Positions 56,528-64,000 of a stretch of 64,000 nucleotides of DNA are shown here, piece after piece. The notes under the pieces were generated by a model that was given only the letters and a program-made list of their open reading frames with translations, did not search any database and was not told the DNA's origin. The stretch's first letter is position 1. The number at the start of each line of letters is the position of its first letter. The position numbers were made by a program, and so were the translations under genes. The stretch comes from Armatimonadota bacterium. Lineage in GTDB: Bacteria; Armatimonadota; UBA5829; DSUL01. The DNA is taken from contig JBDHZC010000002.1 of assembly GCA_039811685.1 (NCBI GenBank), positions 32,001-96,000 of the forward strand. Direction: 5' to 3'.

Positions 56528-57462
56528 ACTCTTGCGATCTCAGCCTTGAGATCCACCCCGCTCTTCAGCGCGTTCAAAGCCGCCTGAAGCTGGGAAATCT
56601 CTGCCTCCGTCGCATCCACCATGGGCAGGCGCATCCCCCCGCAGTCCCAACCGCTGAGTTTCAGCGCAGCTTTCACGGGCACAGGGTTCGTGGTGATAAA
56701 CAGAGACTTGAAGAAGGGGAACAACTCCGCGTTGCGCCTGGCGGCCTCTTCAGGGCGCCCTTCCACAAAGGCGGCCACCATCTGCTGAATCTGTGCGCTG
56801 ACCAGATGCCCCGCCACACTGACCACGCCAACGCCGCCCACGCTCATAATTGGAAGCGTGATGCTGTCGTCCCCACTATAGACATCAAAATCCGGGCGGA
56901 CGGGGTGGACGCGAGAGATAATGTCAGTTACCTGATCCAGCACTCCGCTGGCCTCTTTGACGCCCACGATTGTCGGCAGCTTCGCAAGTCGCGCTACGGT
57001 CGAAGGCTCCATGTTGACGGAGCACCGCCCCGGGATATTGTAGAGAATAATCGGCAACTCCGTGTGCTCTGTGACGTACTTGAAATGCTGATACAAACCC
57101 TCCTGAGAAGGCTTGTTGTAATAAGGAGCTACCAGCAGCAGCGCATCACACCCGGCTTTCTGAGCGTAATGGCAGAGTTCAAGGCACTCGGAGGTGGAGT
57201 TAGCGCCCGCGCCTCCGATTACAGCGCCTTTGTCACCGACGGCCTCCCGTACAACACGGAAGAGCTCTCCCTGCTCCTGCATAGTCAGCGTTGCGGACTC
57301 ACCTGTTGTACCAGCGATCACCACGCCGTCCGAACCCGACTCGATGATCGCTATGGCCAGCTCGGCGGCACGGTCGTAGTCCATAGAAAGATCGGCCTTG
57401 AACGGTGTGACCATAGCGGTCAGAACCCGGCCGAATCGAGGTTGCCTTGCGCTGTGCGGCAT
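56524..57462 (-). CDS. dapA: 4-hydroxy-tetrahydrodipicolinate synthase
   Basis: TAMVTPF, GTTGES, PYYNKP, LYNIPGR, VKEASG, SGDD; TGATG overlap with asd. Confidence 0.97.
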   Translation of the reverse strand: MPHSARQPRFGRVLTAMVTPFKADLSMDYDRAAELAIAIIESGSDGVVIAGTTGESATLTMQEQGELFRVVREAVGDKGAVIGGAGANSTSECLELCHYAQKAGCDALLLVAPYYNKPSQEGLYQHFKYVTEHTELPIILYNIPGRCSVNMEPSTVARLAKLPTIVGVKEASGVLDQVTDIISRVHPVRPDFDVYSGDDSITLPIMSVGGVGVVSVAGHLVSAQIQQMVAAFVEGRPEEAARRNAELFPFFKSLFITTNPVPVKAALKLSGWDCGGMRLPMVDATEAEISQLQAALNALKSGVDLKAEIARV

Positions 57463-58487
57463 CAGTTTCTCCTCAACCAACCGTTCTTGACAGCAATTTC
57501 TGCAATCTGAACGGCATTCGTAGCCGCGCCCTTGCGGATGTTGTCGGCCACCACCCAGATATCCAGGGCATTGGGGTTGCCCGGGTCCTGGCGAATGCGA
57601 CCCACGTACGTCTCATCCTTATCCTCAACGTCCAGCGGCATGGGGTATTTACCGCTGGCCGGGTCGTCAATGACAACTATACCCGGCTCATCGGCCAGCA
57701 GCTTTCGCGCTTCATCCGGAGTGATCGGGTGCTCAAACTCAACGTTGATCGTTTCGGAGTGCCCACGGCGCACCGGTACACGCACACAGGTGGCAGACAC
57801 GGGCAGATTCGGGACGCCAAAGATCTTGCGAGTTTCCTTGATCATTTTAATTTCTTCCCCGTAGTACCCCGGAAACTCGTCTTTGAGGCTGCTGATCTGC
57901 GGAATCAGGTTACCCAGAATCTGATAAGAATATTGCTCAACAGTCTTTACGCCACCCTCAGCGTACTCCATCACCTGCTTTTCGAGCTCGCGCACAGCCC
58001 CGCCTCCACTTCCAGAAACGGACTGGTAGGTGGAGACAACCACGCGGCGCATCTTCGCCTTTCTGTGGAGTGGCGCAAGCGCTGCCACCATCTGGATAGT
58101 GCTGCAGTTGGGATTGGAGACGAAGCCCTGATGCGACGCGATGTCTTCCGCATTGGCCTCCGGCACCACCAGTGGCACGCGGTCGTCCATACGGAAATCA
58201 TCCCCGTTGTCGATGACGAAACACCCGCGCTTCACCGCCTCCCAGCCAAAGGTCTGGCTTGCTCCCTTCTCACCTTCCGTGCCAGCAAAAAACGCAATAT
58301 CCTTGCCATCAAAGGCTTCGGCGGAGGTCGGCAGGACGGTGTATTCATCGCCGTCGATGATCTGTTTGCGCGCGCTGCGGGCCAGTATCGTGAGGTTCTT
58401 AACCGGAAACTTCCGCTGCTTTAGAACCTTGACCATCTCTTCGCCGACCAGACCGGCGCCGACAACAACGACCTCGTAGCTTTCCAT
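57462..58487 (-). CDS. asd: Aspartate-semialdehyde dehydrogenase
   Basis: NPNCSTIQ, STYQSVSGSG, TCVRVPV..GHS, DNIRKGAA.NAVQIAE. Confidence 0.97.
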   Translation of the reverse strand: MESYEVVVVGAGLVGEEMVKVLKQRKFPVKNLTILARSARKQIIDGDEYTVLPTSAEAFDGKDIAFFAGTEGEKGASQTFGWEAVKRGCFVIDNGDDFRMDDRVPLVVPEANAEDIASHQGFVSNPNCSTIQMVAALAPLHRKAKMRRVVVSTYQSVSGSGGGAVRELEKQVMEYAEGGVKTVEQYSYQILGNLIPQISSLKDEFPGYYGEEIKMIKETRKIFGVPNLPVSATCVRVPVRRGHSETINVEFEHPITPDEARKLLADEPGIVVIDDPASGKYPMPLDVEDKDETYVGRIRQDPGNPNALDIWVVADNIRKGAATNAVQIAEIAVKNGWLRRN

Positions 58488-58618
58488 TATCTTATGAAGC
58501 TGAACCTTTCCTGAAATGCGCCTGTCGAAGTTAATCGAAGGCGGCCTGTAGTGAAATCTGTCTTGTCACCGGTAGCTGTACGGCCAGGCCGTCCGGTGAC
58601 AGGCCAGCGAACTAGAGT

Positions 58619-59383
58619 CTAGCCGAACAGGAAGTTTTCTAACCCGTACACCAATCCCTGATGCTCGCGAATGCGACGCACGCCCAGCAGGACTCCCGGC
58701 ATAAAGCTCTTGCGGTCGAACGAATCGTGCCGGATTGTCAGCGCCTCTCCGGGATTGCCAAAAAGCACCTCCTGATGCGCCACCAGACCAGGCAGGCGCA
58801 CGCTGTGGACAGCGACTCCAGATACGGCCTGTCCACGCGCAGGGGCTCTACTGGTATCTGATTGCGCTGCAGGCTGCCAGTTTTCCCCTATTTTACCAGC
58901 CGTCATGAGCGCTGTCCCGGACGGAGCGTCCACCTTTTTGTCGTGGTGGAGCTCGATTATCTCAACTCCTTCGAAAAAGGCGCTGGCTTTGCGGGCAAAC
59001 TCCATCATCAGAACCGCGCCAACCGCAAAGTTCGGCGCTACGAGAATGCCAACGGAGCGCGCTCTGGCAGCGTCGTCGAGATACTGACGCTGTTCCTCCG
59101 AAAGCCCTGTCGTCCCTACCACACAGTGCGCCCCAGCGCGAAGAGTCTTCATAGCGTTGTCATAGACGCTGGCGGGAACGGAGAAGTCCACTACAACGTC
59201 GGGACGTGCATTTTCAAGCAGATCCTCTATTCGATCGTAGCGATTTTCCGATACACTCGCTTGTGCCGAAGGATCCGCGCCCCCAACATAGAGCATGTCC
59301 GAGGCGCCTTGCACGGCTTCCACTACATTGGCGCCCATCCGCCCAAGAAATCCAGAAACTCCAACCCTAACGGGGTCTGACAT
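58619..59383 (-). CDS. dapB: 4-hydroxy-tetrahydrodipicolinate reductase
   Basis: GFLGRMG, VGTTG, ELHHDKKVDAPSGTA, HSVRLPG. Confidence 0.97.
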   Translation of the reverse strand: MSDPVRVGVSGFLGRMGANVVEAVQGASDMLYVGGADPSAQASVSENRYDRIEDLLENARPDVVVDFSVPASVYDNAMKTLRAGAHCVVGTTGLSEEQRQYLDDAARARSVGILVAPNFAVGAVLMMEFARKASAFFEGVEIIELHHDKKVDAPSGTALMTAGKIGENWQPAAQSDTSRAPARGQAVSGVAVHSVRLPGLVAHQEVLFGNPGEALTIRHDSFDRKSFMPGVLLGVRRIREHQGLVYGLENFLFG

Positions 59384-59506
59384 CACTTATCGCCTACCAG
59401 TTTAACCCTATGTCACCGCCGCGGCGCCTCGTGTATCCTGCACGTGACAACCGCCAGGAAAGCCGCTGAGATGACGTCCTCGCGTTACAGACAGCCAGTG
59501 GGACTT

Positions 59507-60769
59507 TCAAGACGGTAAGCCTGCCGTCTTTAGCGTCCTTTCAACGTCTTCCACGGGACCAATCACCGCCATAGACATTTTGTCTGGCTGCAACACTTCG
59601 TTGGCCACAGCAATTACGTCCTGGGGTGTTACCGCCATAATTGCCGAGATGACTTCCTCCAGAGTAATCAGACGCCCGTAGTCCAAGAGACTCCTGGCCA
59701 TCCGTCCCATGCGGCTTCCCATACTCTCTTCAGAGAATAGCAGGGAACCCCGGATCAGTGTCTGGGCGCGCTTGAACTCCTCCTCCGGCACTGGCTCTGT
59801 GCGCACGCGCCGGCACTCATCATGCACCAGGCTGACTACCTCGCCCAGAGTGCTGACCCCTGTGCCGCCGTACACCGCAAACATTCCGCCCTCGTGGAAG
59901 CTCACCCGGTAAGAGCCGATGTCATAGGCCAGGCCGCGCTTCTCGCGAACTTCCTGAAACAGGCGACTGCTCATCCCGCCGCCCATGACAACATCCAGAA
60001 TGGCCAGCGCGTACTTCCGGTCGTCCTTCTCGGCATAACCCGGAGCGCCAAGGCAGAAGTAAGCGGCTTCAGTGTCCTTGTCAACAAGGCGGGTATCCGG
60101 ATGATGGTGAAGCGGCGGAATCTCTTGCTCCACAGACTCCCCGCTCAACTGCCCGAGCGTGCCTTCGGCAAGCTCTACAATCTGCTCGTGCGCCAGATTA
60201 CCGGCCGCAGACACGACGATATGCTGCGGCGTGTAATGTTCCCGCAAGTACGCCCGGAGCGTGTCGGAGGTCGCATTCCGCACTGTCTGTTCGCTACCCA
60301 GTACGCTGTGTCCAAGTTGATGTCCATCCCATGACACTTCCGCCAGGACGTCGTGGACATGGTCTTCCGGCATATCTGTATGGCGGCGTATCTCCTCCAC
60401 AACGACGTCTTTTTCTCTCTCCAACTCCTGCGTATCCAGCGCCGAATCCAAAACCATGTCCGTGAGCACATCCATGCCAAGAGGCACATACTCCTTGAGC
60501 ATGCGGACGTAATATGTTGTGTACTCACGGTCTGTGGCGGCGTTGATATGACCGCCGACCGAGGCCACCTCATCCGCAATGCCTTTTGCGCTTCGACGAT
60601 GGGTGCCTTTGAAAAGCATATGCTCCAGGAAGTGAGAAACGCCGTACTGTGAAGGCTGTTCGTTCTTGGCGCCCGCGCCGACCCAGACACCAAGCGCCAC
60701 ACTCTCCACGTACGGAACATGCTCAGTGATAACACGAACTCCATTTTTCAGTAAAGTTGTCTTGACCAT
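59507..60769 (-). CDS. M16-family zinc peptidase
   Basis: HFLEHMLFKGT (HxxEH), SSRLFQEVREKRGLAY. Confidence 0.95.
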   Translation of the reverse strand: MVKTTLLKNGVRVITEHVPYVESVALGVWVGAGAKNEQPSQYGVSHFLEHMLFKGTHRRSAKGIADEVASVGGHINAATDREYTTYYVRMLKEYVPLGMDVLTDMVLDSALDTQELEREKDVVVEEIRRHTDMPEDHVHDVLAEVSWDGHQLGHSVLGSEQTVRNATSDTLRAYLREHYTPQHIVVSAAGNLAHEQIVELAEGTLGQLSGESVEQEIPPLHHHPDTRLVDKDTEAAYFCLGAPGYAEKDDRKYALAILDVVMGGGMSSRLFQEVREKRGLAYDIGSYRVSFHEGGMFAVYGGTGVSTLGEVVSLVHDECRRVRTEPVPEEEFKRAQTLIRGSLLFSEESMGSRMGRMARSLLDYGRLITLEEVISAIMAVTPQDVIAVANEVLQPDKMSMAVIGPVEDVERTLKTAGLPS

Positions 60770-61164
60770 ACAGTCCAGCTTTGATTTCCTGACAAGCAGC
60801 CGGCCGCCATCTCAACCCGACTGCGACAGCGGCCAACGGAGTTTTCGCAGGCGGTTTGGAGCGGCGTGAGCGATGCCGTAAGGGCTGTGAAGAGACGTCG
60901 GAGGCTCTCCTGGAGACAGAAGCTGAAGTGACAGCTATGCCTTCAGCGGTGCACCGTAAAGGTACACGCTAGCAGTTTATCCAAAAGCGCCCCGCATACA
61001 CCAGCGGCCTGTTATACGCGCCCCTCGGACGCAAGGGCCAAACGAGAGCTAGCCGGGTGGGCTGCTGGAAGAGTGATCTGAAGCAGAGTTTGTGCGTAGC
61101 CCAAAAGGCTCAAACGGATTCCTACTGGTGAAGCCTGGGAATGCGCCCGGCGCTGATCGCGCCC

Positions 61165-62049
61165 TCAGTCTTTCGGAGAAGCCAGTGCTTTCACTTTGTT
61201 CAGAATGTCAGGCAGGTCGAAGTTCAGAATCCATTTGTTGCTTTCTGAGGTGAACATTTTTGGCAGGGTGTCTTTGACGAAGATGTAGTTCAGCACTTCT
61301 TCATCCACCTTGCCATTGTGCAAAGCGTCCAGCACCAGCGTGATGGCTTTGGACTGTCCCTCTGCCAGATCAATCTGCGCCTGCATCTGCCCTTCAGCCT
61401 CCAGGATGGCTGACTGTTTGCGCCCCTCAGCAACGTTGATAGCCGCAGCCTTCTGTCCCTCAGCTTCGATGACGACCGCGCGGCGAATCTGCTCGGCGGT
61501 CTTCTCCTTGTGCATTGCTTCCTGAATGTCTTTTGGCGGGTCAATGCGCTTGACTTCGACTTTCGTCACGCGCGTGCCCCATTTGTCCGTATACCGGTCC
61601 ATGTCGTCACGCAGCCGCGTGTTGATGATTTCGCGAGAAGCCAGAGCCTCGTCCACGGTAAAGGTGCCGATGACGTTTCTGAGACCCGGCTCCGCCAGAT
61701 TGACGACCGCACCATCCAGATTGTTGACTTCATAAAACGCCTTCGATGCCTCAACCACCTGGTAGAAGACGATGCAATCGACCTCAAGCACAACGTTGTC
61801 CCGGGTGATGACGCGCGCTTCGGGTATCTCCACAAAGAACTCGCGCAGATCCATCGTCACAACAACATCGATGAAAGGTATGATCTTCGGGATGAAGTAG
61901 AAGCCGGGCTCCAGCGTCTCCATAAAGCGACCGAAACGCTCGTGCAGCCCTCGTTGAAACGGGCGAATCCACGTCATAGACCGCCGAATTGTGCTGAGCA
62001 GGAAAATTCCAACGACAAGAGCGACAAATATCGCAATCAGGCCTTCCAT
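61165..62049 (-). CDS. SPFH/band 7 (QmcA-like) protein
   Basis: ERFGRF, VITRDNV, WGTRVTKVEV, AEG repeats. Confidence 0.92.
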   Translation of the reverse strand: MEGLIAIFVALVVGIFLLSTIRRSMTWIRPFQRGLHERFGRFMETLEPGFYFIPKIIPFIDVVVTMDLREFFVEIPEARVITRDNVVLEVDCIVFYQVVEASKAFYEVNNLDGAVVNLAEPGLRNVIGTFTVDEALASREIINTRLRDDMDRYTDKWGTRVTKVEVKRIDPPKDIQEAMHKEKTAEQIRRAVVIEAEGQKAAAINVAEGRKQSAILEAEGQMQAQIDLAEGQSKAITLVLDALHNGKVDEEVLNYIFVKDTLPKMFTSESNKWILNFDLPDILNKVKALASPKD

Positions 62050-62498
62050 TAGTCTGCCTTTCTGCGGACAATCGCCCGCACGCCTTCGATCCGGATGACG
62101 ACGACAGGTGTTCCAGGCTCAAGCGTTTCTTCCGACTGCGCCGTCCAGACATCCCCACCAACGCTGACTTTTCCGTCCATCGAGTGAGCGTCCACAGTCT
62201 CTAAAACCACTCCCTCCTGATCTGCAAGCGTGGACGCCGCCATGACATCCCGCCCCTGAATCCGCCGCCGCCAGACGCGATAGACAAGCATGAAAAACAC
62301 AGCGCTCACAGCCCCCATTGCGGCGAAGGCAATGGCGAAGGCTACCCAGTAGTGGGAAGGAAAGAGGAGGCCAGCGATCGCCCCCGCAATCGTACCGGCT
62401 CCAATAACGCCGAGGAGCCCCCCAGGCACGTGCGCCTCTGCGAGGAGCAACACGACTCCCACAATAAAGAACAGAACGCTGATCAGTCCATAAGTCAT
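62049..62498 (-). CDS. Short NfeD-family protein
   Basis: TM helices plus GKVSVGGDVWTAQS..GTPVVVIRIEG; coupled to SPFH gene. Confidence 0.88.
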   Translation of the reverse strand: MTYGLISVLFFIVGVVLLLAEAHVPGGLLGVIGAGTIAGAIAGLLFPSHYWVAFAIAFAAMGAVSAVFFMLVYRVWRRRIQGRDVMAASTLADQEGVVLETVDAHSMDGKVSVGGDVWTAQSEETLEPGTPVVVIRIEGVRAIVRRKAD

Positions 62499-62614
62499 GC
62501 CGTGACCCTAACTGAGGACAACTGCAGGCCATGACGTAAATGACGAGAATGCGTCTCTTCCGCCTGCGTCCACGCGCCCCTATAATAGCGCATTAGCCCA
62601 ATGGAGATAAAGAA

Positions 62615-63436
62615 ATGAAACAAATAACACAAAAAACAGCTGCCCGGTCACCAGAAACAACGCGGCGAGGCTTCTTGCGCACAGCGCTTGCAGCGGCGTT
62701 TGGAGGAGTTTCCGGGGCGGCCGCATGGGCCAGAGAAGCGGTAGAAGGCCGCTCGCTCAAGACAGACGGTGAGGTACTGAAACAGCGCGTATCCCTTGGC
62801 GTCCCGCCGGTGGAGCCACTGGACACGATGATTCACTTCCAGCGCTCGGACGACAACAACGGACGGGCGATGACGCACGAGATTCTCTCACTCAGTCACG
62901 AAGAGAAAGGGAAGAACTCTTACCCATGGACTGTCTATGCGCATCTCGACACGCATCACGAGCAGGGGGACGCATGCGTTCTGTGCTCCCGGCTGCACAA
63001 GTACGGTCCGGGCTGGTCCGCAGGGCTGCACTCGGAAGTCTTTGCGCACAACAGAGCGGTGGCCCTTGGCGTGAACGTGGAGATGTTCAACGACTACACA
63101 GGCTCTGAGGCCACACGAAATATAGGCGTCAATGTCCAGTCCATTTCATGCTCGCCCAAGCCCTGCGATTTCGGGATGCAGATTCACGGCGACGGGGGCT
63201 TCACGCGAGCGATCAACATTGACAGCAAGGGCGACGTAGCTATTGACGTCAATGGCTCCTACAAGACCGGGATTGACCTCCACGGCAAGGAAATCCGGCT
63301 TGGTGACGGAGGCTCCATTCTATTGGATGAAAAGGACCAGGTGCGCCTGCGCTACCATAACGGCGCGATCGAGATATGGAAGGGCGACAGAAGGGCCGCA
63401 TTTCTGACGCTTTCGGATAATGATAGAAGGCTGTGA
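62615..63436 (+). CDS. Tat-exported hypothetical protein
   Basis: GGAG RBS; TRRGFL twin-arginine signal ..AAAWA; beta-rich body. Confidence 0.75.
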   Translation: MKQITQKTAARSPETTRRGFLRTALAAAFGGVSGAAAWAREAVEGRSLKTDGEVLKQRVSLGVPPVEPLDTMIHFQRSDDNNGRAMTHEILSLSHEEKGKNSYPWTVYAHLDTHHEQGDACVLCSRLHKYGPGWSAGLHSEVFAHNRAVALGVNVEMFNDYTGSEATRNIGVNVQSISCSPKPCDFGMQIHGDGGFTRAINIDSKGDVAIDVNGSYKTGIDLHGKEIRLGDGGSILLDEKDQVRLRYHNGAIEIWKGDRRAAFLTLSDNDRRL

Positions 63437-63723
63437 GGCACACAGCGACATTTTTCCAGCGAAGCAGACGGCGTTTTTTGCAGAAAACGTGAAGAAATCG
63501 CATTATTCGTGCAGTCAAGGCTTGTGTTTACGCGCCGTTACTCCTACAATGGAAGCGAGGATTGGGCGCTGCTATCGGCAGACCTTTCCTCTGTCTGAGT
63601 TACTCTACTGACAGGAGCGCAAGACTCCTGATTTTCGTGCGACCGGCTTCGGCGTCCGGGTGTGTGCACGGATGCCGGTTTGACAGTGTTACATCATCGC
63701 TTAGGTCACCGGAGAAGATAACA

Positions 63724-64000
63724 ATGGACGACAACAGTCCTCTGCGCGCTGTAATTGACTCGGCCAGGGCGGCCATCAGGTCTAAAGACTATCAGCAGGC
63801 CTATCAACTGCTGCAGGAACACCAGGCGGACGGATGGGACGAAGGCCTTTTCCTTGAAATGTTCGGCATCGCCTGTTGCATGGCAGGCAAGTCTCGCGAG
63901 GGACTGCCGGCATTAGAACGGGCGCTGGATCTGGCGCCGTCTCCCGTAGCCCACTTCAACCTCGGGCAGGCGCATCAGCTTGCCGGAGACTACGATCAGG
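63724..64000 (+). CDS. TPR protein (3' partial)
   Basis: GGAG RBS; MDDNSPLRAV...ALERALDLAP..AHFNLGQAHQLAGDY; open to window end. Confidence 0.75.
   Translation, partial: MDDNSPLRAVIDSARAAIRSKDYQQAYQLLQEHQADGWDEGLFLEMFGIACCMAGKSREGLPALERALDLAPSPVAHFNLGQAHQLAGDYDQ

Noticed and set aside
60770..61164. Lysine riboswitch or ncRNA upstream of the peptidase-dap genes
   Set aside because: No lysine-riboswitch consensus recognised by eye; an Rfam scan would be needed
61137..61165. Third ECF promoter copy (gggaatgcgcc)
   Set aside because: Lacks the GTCGTCTA -10 element and points into a convergent gene end

Overview
GC-rich bacterial chromosomal window, probably from a diderm Armatimonadota-like organism. 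That assignment is inference from the PEP-CTERM variant, TolC/Wza, RNase J and the style of the secreted proteins. I saw no mobile element, prophage or CRISPR array. From left to right: (1) 1-6.7 kb, a phospho-signalling operon (membrane FHA2 protein, vWA protein with N-terminal RTQ repeats, Zn-ribbon FHA2 protein, PP2C phosphatase, Ser/Thr kinase-TM-TPR lacking the glycine loop); (2) secreted repeat protein, GNAT, lysozyme-like protein, tRNA-Ser(TGA), a PEP-CTERM protein and a HAF-repeat protein; (3) ~14.8-39.7 kb, a minus-strand exopolysaccharide/exosortase locus (priming transferase, PPIase, thioester-type PEP-CTERM protein, Wzc, Wza, exosortase, EpsI, Wzm/Wzt, many glycosyltransferases, Wzy/WaaL-like protein, GH-A hydrolase) behind a ~390-nt structured leader; (4) trxA and an ECF sigma/anti-sigma/target module with a duplicated promoter motif; (5) TauE, mgtE, small unannotated ORFs and MarR-TolC-MacAB; (6) rnj-dapA-asd-dapB-M16 peptidase, SPFH/NfeD, a Tat substrate and a partial TPR gene. 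The best novelty candidates are the RTQ-repeat FHA/vWA signalling system and the exosortase locus, with its variant sorting signal, Cys-Gln thioester cargo and long leader RNA. Many starts were adjusted from the ORF track using RBS, gene overlaps and domain boundaries. All family calls come from motif recognition by eye, not database searches.
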